From a virus (lineage: Duplodnaviria; Caudoviricetes): a DNA stretch of 64,000 nucleotides. Position numbers and translations under genes: made by a program. The notes beneath the pieces were generated by a model, which was given only the letters and a program-made list of their open reading frames with translations, made no database searches and had not been told where the DNA came from. How positions within the stretch are numbered: position 1 is the first letter of the stretch; each line of letters starts with the position of its first letter. Positions 1 to 8,060 of this stretch are shown here, one piece after another. The stretch covers positions 96,001 through 160,000 of IMG/VR virus record IMGVR_UViG_3300031992_000007. The stretch is one strand, 5' to 3'.

Positions 1-487
1 CAGCAGGTATAACGATGCAGTATTCGATGAGAGCCCTGTCCTTATACTTGATCATGATGTTGATCTTGTCTTCACGGCGAAGAGACTGATTCTTCTTGAA
101 GTTGATTTCTTTGAAGTGCTTCAAAAAGAAAGAATATCCAGTATCAGCACCTTCTTCGGTCTCACTGGACCGAATGAAGTCTTTCTCTTGCTTGTCCCAG
201 ATGGCATACTCTCTACCAGCCATGATCTCCACGTAGAACCTCTTCATAGCCTGCAAGTTCTGGTAGATGACAGGATGAAGGACTTTACAGTTAAGACGGA
301 TGAACGCGTGTCTGGTCATGCGCTCTTCAGAAGTAACTGGGGCGAAGATGAGTTCTGAGAAGAGCCCCTCTGGGTGGAAATCTGAACTTGAGGAATTATG
401 GATAAGTGGAGATGTGACCTCTTTGAGAGCGTGATCTTTGATGAACTTTTCTACATCCATGATCGCTATGTTCAAAGGCGCAGCCAT
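1..487 (-). CDS. Virion RNA polymerase beta'-like subunit, N-terminal part (phiKZ gp180-like); truncated by the window edge
   Basis: Missing from the ORF track because it has no stop in the window. Hand translation from ATG 487 (AGGAG RBS upstream) gives MAAPLNIAIMD...DFHPEGLFSELIF...HAFIRLNCKVLHPVIY...TGYSFF...CIVIPA, the beta' N-terminal GLFSxxIF/HP/IPA pattern. Confidence 0.85.
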   Translation of the reverse strand, partial: MAAPLNIAIMDVEKFIKDHALKEVTSPLIHNSSSSDFHPEGLFSELIFAPVTSEERMTRHAFIRLNCKVLHPVIYQNLQAMKRFYVEIMAGREYAIWDKQEKDFIRSSETEEGADTGYSFFLKHFKEINFKKNQSLRREDKINIMIKYKDRALIEYCIVIPA

Positions 488-534
488 GATGTTTCTCCTT
501 TTAGATTCAAAATAAAAATGGCATAGGATGTTTG

Positions 535-563
535 CCCTCCCCTCCTTATTAGGGAGGGGAGGG
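535..563. terminator. Intrinsic terminator-like hairpin
   Basis: CCCTCCCCTCC...GGGAGGGGAGGG inverted repeat just downstream of the minus-strand ORF ending at 571. Confidence 0.6.
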
Positions 564-570
564 TTGTGGT

Positions 571-897
571 TTAGTCGTGGTCGTGTGGGTTGAGTTCCTC
601 TTCGACCTTTAACCACTTTCTTGCGACGGGCATGTAGAAGAGTATTCTCTGCTCCACATACGGAGTGAGTTCTTCTGACACCCAGAACTCGGTTCGGTTG
701 TAATACCTCCGAGCTTCGAATACTGTGCCTGTTATCAGACGCCAACCCATGATCCGGACATACTTCTCATCTGCACCGTCGTGACGACAGAAGAAAACAT
801 ATCCGTTGATGGTTATGCCTCCGGTTATTTCTCCATACTGACTCAGGAGTTTGTCTATCTCCTCAGCGAGTTGAGAGTTTGTCTCTAGCTTCTTCAT
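571..897 (-). CDS. Hypothetical early protein (108 aa)
   Basis: Start moved to ATG 897 (MKKLETNSQ), with an AGGAG RBS and a TATATTAC promoter upstream. Confidence 0.7.
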   Translation of the reverse strand: MKKLETNSQLAEEIDKLLSQYGEITGGITINGYVFFCRHDGADEKYVRIMGWRLITGTVFEARRYYNRTEFWVSEELTPYVEQRILFYMPVARKWLKVEEELNPHDHD

Positions 898-937
898 CGG
901 GGATCTCCTTTTGTTGTTGGTGGTTGTTAACAATATC

Positions 938-945
938 GTAATATA
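938..945 (-). promoter_or_regulatory. phiKZ-type early promoter motif TATATTAC
   Basis: GTAATATA on + (TATATTAC on -) about 40 nt upstream of the start; recurs upstream of several minus-strand genes. Confidence 0.7.
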
Positions 946-971
946 TAAATCAAGAGTATTGATTAACTTTG

Positions 972-1791
972 AGGTGAGCATCCAGAACTTGGATATTGGA
1001 TAGCATATCACGAAGGTGGTTCTGATAGAGAGGGAACGTGTGTTTCAGCGTGGACTCGCAGTGGATATTATTCAGTAGACAGACTAGCATGTAGGCTCTC
1101 CTATCTGGAGGTGAGGGTGAACGCTATTGGCATGCTGGGTGGTATGGAGCAATGGCTGTAGACAGAGAAGGAAAGAAATTGAATGTGACTATCTACTGGG
1201 TAGTTAATCTTGATATACACAATAGGCTCTCCTCAGAGGTGAGAACAGAGAAGGACAGTCGATATGTCTACGAGCAGTCGCTGATCAAGAGAATAATTCC
1301 TCACACGATGTCTTAACGTTCTACTCAAATAGAATCATGAACTCGATGTATCCTGGATCTGTGTATCGTAAAAGGCTCTCCCCCTCCAGAGGTGTAACTG
1401 ATCAGTCTTACGACACAAGATTTATTGTTGATAACAGAACTGTTGGTGGAACTGTTCCTGGTTCGACATATTCAAGTGGTTCTAGTTTGAATCGAGTTTA
1501 TGGAATGACTAACAGGCTCTCCTAAGGAGGTGAAAGAACAGGCTACGTATGTCAGTGTTACATTGGACTTGCAGGATATTGTGGGACTGATACAGGCAAC
1601 ACTACAATGAATCCAGCACGACCGTTATACGATGCAGAATTTCCCAGGCTCTCCTAAAAGGTGGACAGTCTAATGGCGCACCTCTCTTTGAATATGCGTG
1701 GAGACACTGGTTCATGATGAAGAATGGGTTTCACGGAACGAACTTCTCACCTAACTGGGATAATGATGTCTCCATAAACACAAGGCTCTCC
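972..1791 (+). repeat. Cassette array A: 6 in-frame variable peptide cassettes bounded by AGGTG and AGGCTCTCC
   Basis: AGGCTCTCC at 1093, 1224, 1373, 1514, 1646, 1783. Cassettes (GGT..TCC) are 973-1101, 1110-1232, 1238-1381, 1391-1522, 1529-1654, 1660-1791; all are multiples of 3 and stop-free. Confidence 0.9.
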
Positions 1792-1812
1792 AAAAAATAA
1801 AAGCAAGCAATG

Positions 1813-1840
1813 CCTTCCCTAGGCCGAAGCCTAGGGAAGG
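1813..1840 (-). terminator. Intrinsic terminator
   Basis: CCTTCCCTAGGC-CGAA-GCCTAGGGAAGG 12-bp stem; the A-run at 1792-1802 is the U-tract on the minus strand. Confidence 0.8.
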
Positions 1841-1847
1841 TTATGCC

Positions 1848-2226
1848 CATCACTATCCCTGATGTTGAGACATTTCCAGTATCACACCCCATGAGAGCTC
1901 GTCTCTAACACGGGTCAATCACTCCCGTGCCGCAGAAAGGACGCCGGAGAGTCAGCTCTCTCCGGCAGTTCGACGAGGGATAGCCGTGTACAGGTAGGAT
2001 AACCATTAACCCACCTACGTGCTAACTGTAGCAAGTCCATGCCCTCCATACAGAGAACACGCCTGGTTAAGATACACGGCTGGAGCCCAGACCATTTGAC
2101 AAGTGTGTTTTCGATGTCCCTGGCACGAGTTCTGTAGTACACCACTATACCCCTAAACAAGGGCGGAGATCAGTGGTGGAAAGGACTCGGGGCGGCCCAA
2201 CTCCGGCTACATACATTCGTGATGAC
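1848..2226 (-). ncRNA. Candidate ~380-nt structured non-coding RNA
   Basis: No credible ORF. Many nested inverted repeats: CATCAC/GTGATG, CTATCCCT/AGGGATAG, GCCGTGTA/TACACGGC, GCCGGAGAG/CTCTCCGGC, CACGGG/CCCGTG, ACCACT/AGTGGT. Strand inferred from the flanking gene and terminator. Confidence 0.5.
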
Positions 2227-2238
2227 TGTTTAAATCGC

Positions 2239-3843
2239 TTACCAGTTCCTACGACGGTAACCGCCATGGAAACTGGGACCATCCTGAACTTCTGCCAGTG
2301 TTACCCAGCGTCCAGGTATATGATGAGTTGCGATCCAAGATTCATCCTCGAGACCGTAGTCGCGGCGGGCGATAGCGATCCTCCAGAACTTGCCATCTTT
2401 CATCTTGACGAATGCCCAAACGACGTCGTCGTAGAACACGTCAGATTCAGTCGGGTAAGTTCCCTGACCATCGATCTTCGTCTCCAAGAACGACTTGGTC
2501 TTAGCCTGGTTGTGGTAGTCGTTCAGGAAGGTGTGAACGTGGTTGGCTGACGGAGCTGTTGTTCCGAACATTGCCATGAGCGTTCCGTTGCGATACTCAG
2601 GATCGGTGATATCAACGAAGTCAGTTTTCACGGGCTTGTCCTCCTTGTCTGATTGCATGGTATTCTGAAGTTCCCTTTCAGGTTCCTTGATCCTGATCTC
2701 GACAGTGTAACCCTTGTCGAAGTCATACTTGACTCCACCGATCTCGTAGTCGCGATCAAGCAGCTTGCCTGTCGCTATCGGGGATTCGATGAGTTTGTTG
2801 AGCACGATTTCGGCACGGTCGTGTTCAACTTCGAGGCAGTTTATATCGTTGCCCAATACAGTCTGTCCAATTTCATCCTTGATCTTATCGTAGAGTTCGG
2901 TCTTGCTCTTGTCAACGTACGGGCTGACATCAAGCTTGGAGTCTGCATACTCGGGCATTACTTCGACCCAAATGGTAGTGCTTCCTGTATTCACTTCTGG
3001 TTCCTCCTTAGGTTGTTTTTGCTCTTCGACTGGTTCAGGTTCTTCAGCAGGAGCTTCTTCTACTCCTGGTGCGTCATCCCCGTCGGTTCCTCCGTCGGAT
3101 TCGGATCCAGCATCTCCTTCTTCAGGCTCTGCAGGTTCCTGCTCGTCTCCGGAGTCGTCGGGATCGGGGGAGTCTGGCTCGGATTGTTCATCTGTTCCGC
3201 TATCTGTGACGACACCGCTTTCCAGAACGGACTCTCCAGTGGATCTATCATCTTTGACCTCCTGTTTTTCTTCGGTTGATTCTAGTGTCTCGGTAGAAGG
3301 CTGTTCTTCTTCTTCAGGTTCATGGTGAACCTCCACGACCTCTGGTGGTTCGTGGAAGAGGGACTCATTCTTGAGTCCCTTCACGAAGTTCTCCTTCTGG
3401 TCGACTTTGAACACAGTAATCCTCTGACTGCTGTATTCGATGAGAGGACGGCTGACAACCGCCTCGTATTCAGATCCATCGAGTTCCTTGGCGAGCACTT
3501 CGTATTCAAGCGTGATGCGAGAAACGTTGTGTCCGTCTGGACGAGGGAGTTTGCTTAGAATGATGTTCAGACCATAATCGGTCGTAAACTTCCACACAAC
3601 TCCGAGACGGAACTTGTTGATGAGATGCATTCCGAGTGCATGGCTCTGATCGCCACAGGAGTTCAAGATCCCATTGGCGATGTCATGGATGCTGCTTTCT
3701 CCATAGTTGTTGCTGGAGATACTGAGCAGCATGCGGCAAAGCTGCATGCTGTCGATACGATCCAGACATCCGAATCCTTCCTTCTTGATGCGATCTCCAA
3801 GAGAAGTAACATTCGGACCTGATAGCTTGATTGTACTAATCAT
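2239..3843 (-). CDS. Hypothetical protein with a long acidic Glu/Asp/Pro-rich linker
   Basis: Long ORF; start set at ATG 3843 (MISTIK) with an AGGAG RBS. Confidence 0.75.
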   Translation of the reverse strand: MISTIKLSGPNVTSLGDRIKKEGFGCLDRIDSMQLCRMLLSISSNNYGESSIHDIANGILNSCGDQSHALGMHLINKFRLGVVWKFTTDYGLNIILSKLPRPDGHNVSRITLEYEVLAKELDGSEYEAVVSRPLIEYSSQRITVFKVDQKENFVKGLKNESLFHEPPEVVEVHHEPEEEEQPSTETLESTEEKQEVKDDRSTGESVLESGVVTDSGTDEQSEPDSPDPDDSGDEQEPAEPEEGDAGSESDGGTDGDDAPGVEEAPAEEPEPVEEQKQPKEEPEVNTGSTTIWVEVMPEYADSKLDVSPYVDKSKTELYDKIKDEIGQTVLGNDINCLEVEHDRAEIVLNKLIESPIATGKLLDRDYEIGGVKYDFDKGYTVEIRIKEPERELQNTMQSDKEDKPVKTDFVDITDPEYRNGTLMAMFGTTAPSANHVHTFLNDYHNQAKTKSFLETKIDGQGTYPTESDVFYDDVVWAFVKMKDGKFWRIAIARRDYGLEDESWIATHHIPGRWVTLAEVQDGPSFHGGYRRRNW

Positions 3844-3859
3844 GTTTTCTCCTTTTAGT

Positions 3860-5944
3860 TTATGGTACAGGATAGACATCCGAAAATAGAAGTTTACTGT
3901 CTTCAAAACCACAAGCTACACCTATCTGCTTCAAGAGAAGATGACAAGGCTTGACGTTGTGATAGATAATGTCAGTGAACTTCACAAGAGGGATGATCTC
4001 GGGTGGCACCTTACCACCAACGGGATTGATGACGAATGTAGATGGCGGCTTGTTCTTCGCAAGGAATGCCATCATGCGCTGATAGATGTCTGGACTGGTC
4101 TTGGACAACCAGTTCAGATATTCCTTGTTCGGAACATGCACTTGAACTGCTGGAGCCTTGGTAGGAATCAGGATGTCTCCGTATTTCTGAGCAAAGATCT
4201 CCTGCCAGGCGTAGTAGTAATACCAGTTGGACTGAAGAGGTGTGGCGTAATCAGTCTTCTTGCGGATAGACAGACTCTTGAACCAGGTGGAACTACCTTC
4301 CTGCAAGTCCTGTCTAATCTTGTTCTCGAATGTACTGACTTTGTGCACCAACTCATGTCCTGAGATCTTACCATTGTTGTTCATGTTTATCAGAACGTCG
4401 TTCTCAGAAAAGTTCTTAGCGAAGGTAACTGCTTCCTTGCAGATATCAGATCCCTTGAACTGAACACCTTTAATGTCGATCTCTGGCTTGGGTAGCAGAA
4501 CACCTTCCTGAATAGCCACGATGCCAGCATAATGTTTCTTCACATCAGCCAGGATCATAACCGTATACAGGAACTCGTTCTTCATAGCCATCACTGTCTT
4601 GTATTCATCCCTTGCTCCATGAGCTTCACTGTAGATCAAGAGAGTGTGGGCGATAGCCTGGGTTATCCAGTAGATCATCACACAAGCGATGTGATAGGAT
4701 TCAGGAGCAGTGCTGTAGACATCTCCAGTATACCACTTAACCCAGTCCTTAACTGTAAAGATGACCGAGTCAGTATCGGAAATAACTGCAGAGTTCCTGA
4801 TCATGTTGGGTCGGGTTCTGACAGAAGTCCTATTAATAGGAGTAAAGAGGAACGTGTTGAACAGTTTGTCCATGTCCTTGAGCTTCTTGTCCACATACCT
4901 TGCGATATGCACGAACTTGACAGCCAGGTCAGGGAAGAGTTTAGGAAGGTCGTAGACCTGAACCTCAGGATCGTGTGGGTCAACATGCTCTCTGAACGCC
5001 ACGTTGCACAGAATAACTAGAGCTCCGTCTAGTTTGAACAGATCGTCTGGGACTACTTTGCTGTCGGAGAAGTCGACATTGTTGATGTCGAACAGTTCCT
5101 TGAACCAGCCTTTCATTGTCCCTTCGTTACCCATGAACATGTGACGAAGATTCTGGAAGTACCAGAAGTACTGAACCTCCGAATCATTCAGCTTGCTTAT
5201 CATGTCAGTGAGCATGGAGAAGTCATCATACCTGTGGTACATGGTAAGACACTTCTTGTAGAACTCGAAAAGATCGTTGTGAGTGGCTCTCTTCAACTTG
5301 TAGGTGGACATGACTTCTTCAACAGCAGCACAGTCTATACCTTTATTGAGGTGAGCTACGATGTGTTGAAGAAGTTCGTCCATAGAGAACCAGGCAAAAT
5401 TGCCTCCAAGAACAGCTTCGATCTCAGAGTTGGCATAGCCAATCAAAGATCTGCCACACGAAGTGATGGCGTTGTAGTTAGCCTTGCTGTAGAACAACGA
5501 ATACGGAGATCCGTAGTTACCAGGCAAGCTGTTCATGGTTATCTTGATTAACGTCTGAGCGTAGTAGTGCTTGAGTTCCTCGGTGGTATTACCGGCAGCC
5601 TTAGCTTTAAGCTGGAGTTTCTTCTCCCTCTTCCGGTTAGCCATCATCTCGATGATCATCTCGATCGTCTTGGACATCTTGACACTGTGCTGGCAGAACA
5701 CAGAACCCGAGTCAGACAGGATGTTATCCTTCTGAGCATCGAACCACGAAGCCAGGTCGACTGCCTTGATGACAGGGACTCCGTCTTCCTTGGTTTCCTC
5801 GATTATTGCTGTTAACGGGTGGTACGTTTCCTTGCACAGTTCCAGGCTGTATGTCCTGGCTTTATCTTCTGGTAGTCCGTACTTCCTCATCATGTACGTA
5901 GCTACTTGGTCTCGGTAACATTTGAGCAATGGTTGACGAGCCAT
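3860..5944 (-). CDS. Family-B-like DNA polymerase, polymerase-domain subunit (phiKZ gp50-like)
   Basis: Motifs KITMNSLPGNYGS (KxxxNSxYG-like), ITSCGR, ISDTDSVIF and KKHYA..KGVQF. Confidence 0.85.
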   Translation of the reverse strand: MARQPLLKCYRDQVATYMMRKYGLPEDKARTYSLELCKETYHPLTAIIEETKEDGVPVIKAVDLASWFDAQKDNILSDSGSVFCQHSVKMSKTIEMIIEMMANRKREKKLQLKAKAAGNTTEELKHYYAQTLIKITMNSLPGNYGSPYSLFYSKANYNAITSCGRSLIGYANSEIEAVLGGNFAWFSMDELLQHIVAHLNKGIDCAAVEEVMSTYKLKRATHNDLFEFYKKCLTMYHRYDDFSMLTDMISKLNDSEVQYFWYFQNLRHMFMGNEGTMKGWFKELFDINNVDFSDSKVVPDDLFKLDGALVILCNVAFREHVDPHDPEVQVYDLPKLFPDLAVKFVHIARYVDKKLKDMDKLFNTFLFTPINRTSVRTRPNMIRNSAVISDTDSVIFTVKDWVKWYTGDVYSTAPESYHIACVMIYWITQAIAHTLLIYSEAHGARDEYKTVMAMKNEFLYTVMILADVKKHYAGIVAIQEGVLLPKPEIDIKGVQFKGSDICKEAVTFAKNFSENDVLINMNNNGKISGHELVHKVSTFENKIRQDLQEGSSTWFKSLSIRKKTDYATPLQSNWYYYYAWQEIFAQKYGDILIPTKAPAVQVHVPNKEYLNWLSKTSPDIYQRMMAFLAKNKPPSTFVINPVGGKVPPEIIPLVKFTDIIYHNVKPCHLLLKQIGVACGFEDSKLLFSDVYPVP

Positions 5945-6013
5945 ATTCGTTTTCCTCCAATGTTCATTCAATGACCAAAAGTTGTAAACATTTAGAGGTC
6001 GATTTACATTAAG

Positions 6014-6021
6014 GTAATATA
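6014..6021 (-). promoter_or_regulatory. Early promoter motif TATATTAC upstream of the DNA polymerase
   Basis: GTAATATA on + strand. Confidence 0.65.
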
Positions 6022-6092
6022 TGTGCCAGGAGTAGACGGGGTAAATCTATCCTATGGTCCTTACTTTAAATGAATAAGAAAGGTAAAAGACA

Positions 6093-6839
6093 ATGTTCAA
6101 CTTCGCTCTTAAGAAACAGACCAATAAACCGGCCCAAGAAAGCCTCGTGGAAAAGACGCCGGAGATACGCGACTATGTTGCGCTCAACCTAAGTGAAGGT
6201 GGACGTTATGTCGTCATCACTGGGACCGTCCGTGGCATAGTGTCAGCTCTGGCCAAGCTCCTCCGTTTGCGCGGAGAGAAACCAGATGCTATCGCAGAGA
6301 AGATCAAACCTTTTATCGCCAGCTGTGTATCGGCTGGAGACCTTCGTAAGGATACGGCTGAGTACATCCTTAGCGATGACTGGTATTTTACACAGAGTGA
6401 TTACATCCCGTGCTATTGCAGGCCTTCGGATTCCATGTGGTCGTTGTTCAATGACATCCTTGAGGAAGCCAAGGGTTCCAAGTATTGGAACTCAGATCTC
6501 AAGAACGATCTAAAGCTAAACATCAACCCGCAGGAGAAAGCTATCCTCGATGCATTCGAGACAGCCCGTAAGGCGTACTACGACGCCATGCGAGTTCGTG
6601 ATGACTATTTCTCCAAGCGTGGTGCCCTCATCGTTCATGACGTCCTCCGTAAGTATGCGCAGCATATTTCCAGCATTGACGAGGAGTTCTATAAGTTTAT
6701 GGCAGATCAGATAGCTGAGACTCTGTCCCAGCTCGATGACGATCAATCGTGTCCGTCTGATCCTAGCATCAAGAATGAACTTGCTGTTAGTAGGGCTGGG
6801 CTCACGTTGTCTGAGCAAGCAGAAGAGTCAGACAGCTGA
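6093..6839 (+). CDS. Hypothetical protein
   Basis: 248-aa ORF with an AAGG RBS. Confidence 0.75.
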   Translation: MFNFALKKQTNKPAQESLVEKTPEIRDYVALNLSEGGRYVVITGTVRGIVSALAKLLRLRGEKPDAIAEKIKPFIASCVSAGDLRKDTAEYILSDDWYFTQSDYIPCYCRPSDSMWSLFNDILEEAKGSKYWNSDLKNDLKLNINPQEKAILDAFETARKAYYDAMRVRDDYFSKRGALIVHDVLRKYAQHISSIDEEFYKFMADQIAETLSQLDDDQSCPSDPSIKNELAVSRAGLTLSEQAEESDS

Positions 6840-6870
6840 GTTAACCCTTGTAGGAGAAAGGAGGTGTTGC

Positions 6871-7089
6871 ATGAACAACACCAGAAACTTCCCTGTCGCA
6901 AGACAGGAGACCAACCACAAGGTGGGCGACTCAGTACTCAGCGTCTTCGATAAGAGGATAGCTGTGTTAGAAGCACTGCACTTCGATATAGGCGCTAGAC
7001 TGGGTAAGGCGAAGATACGTCACCTTCACACGTACAACTATGCAGATATTGTGCCTCTTGAGGTTGATCATACTTTAATACCAGCTTGA
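6871..7089 (+). CDS. Small hypothetical protein
   Basis: ATG 6871 preceded by AGGAGGTG. Confidence 0.55.
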   Translation: MNNTRNFPVARQETNHKVGDSVLSVFDKRIAVLEALHFDIGARLGKAKIRHLHTYNYADIVPLEVDHTLIPA

Positions 7090-7124
7090 CCTATCCGATG
7101 ACCACAAGTCGGAAAGGTTTAGTT

Positions 7125-7943
7125 ATGGCTACTGAAGTATCGTTCAATAAGAAACTGAACGAGGTCAAGTTACTGCTGTCTTCGCTGTTCGCCAGGAAAC
7201 TAAACTGGGTGATATTTAACGGAGATGATCCCAACAACCTTATCTTCACCACAGTTGAGGTTAACAGGATTGCGTTTTATCGCCCAGAGATCGATGATCA
7301 GATGGCACTGGTCAAGTTAACGGACGAGGGTATCAAATACCTCTATGAGTTGTTCCCTATCTTCAGGTCAACATGCGGGGTTATATTCTTGCCGACTTTC
7401 TTGTCGACGATGAATAAACTCATAGCTGAGACCAAGGGAGTAGCACCGAACATTAGGTTGGATATGGGTACGGAAGCCTTTTACATGGCAGCGCCCAAGT
7501 CAACCAGACCAGAGTTCGAGTTGGATGAGGACTCCAGACCCACGGAAGTGTGTGTAGGGAACCTGACGATATCTGCTTTCTACGAACAGTATAAGCAGGT
7601 ATTTACCAACCATGTTAACTTTGGTTCTCAGCTCATCGAGAAGAACATAACTCTTGGAGATCAGGCTAAGAGAGATAAGATAACAAGTATTGATGTTGAT
7701 GTTCCCAATCATCTCTTCAATACGGACACTTTCTTCAGACTGCCTATCCAGGATGGTACGAACATCGTTTCGTTTACGGAGTACTTGAGCAAGCGCAAGG
7801 CGGAATGGAAATACCGTCTTCTGATCTACTACGATGAACGTCACAGTGTAGCACGGACTGCTTACGTCTACAAGGATGAGTGGTTGGAGGCAGTCTCTAT
7901 AACTCCAGCTGCGCTGTGGTTCCCATTCAGGAAAAAGAAATAA
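7125..7943 (+). CDS. Hypothetical protein
   Basis: Start set at MATEV; followed by a terminator hairpin. Confidence 0.75.
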   Translation: MATEVSFNKKLNEVKLLLSSLFARKLNWVIFNGDDPNNLIFTTVEVNRIAFYRPEIDDQMALVKLTDEGIKYLYELFPIFRSTCGVIFLPTFLSTMNKLIAETKGVAPNIRLDMGTEAFYMAAPKSTRPEFELDEDSRPTEVCVGNLTISAFYEQYKQVFTNHVNFGSQLIEKNITLGDQAKRDKITSIDVDVPNHLFNTDTFFRLPIQDGTNIVSFTEYLSKRKAEWKYRLLIYYDERHSVARTAYVYKDEWLEAVSITPAALWFPFRKKK

Positions 7944-7955
7944 CGACCAAGTGTA

Positions 7956-7995
7956 ACCACCGACGGGCAACCGTCGGTGGTGTACTTAACTTTTT
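7956..7995 (+). terminator. Intrinsic terminator
   Basis: ACCACCGACGG-GCAA-CCGTCGGTGGT followed by a T-rich tract. Confidence 0.75.
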
Positions 7996-8060
7996 ATTTA
8001 TCCCTACGGCTACTATTTAATACATGTTGACAATTCACAACCAAATAAGGAGAAGTCACT

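Noticed and set aside
972-1791. CRISPR array
   Set aside because: The conserved parts are only 9 + 5 nt with a variable linker, the spacers are about 110-130 nt and keep a reading frame, and there are no cas genes in the window.
940-1800. Minus-strand small ORFs using GGAGAG as RBS
   Set aside because: In the three units checked, start-codon presence and frame are inconsistent, unlike the uniform plus-strand frame.
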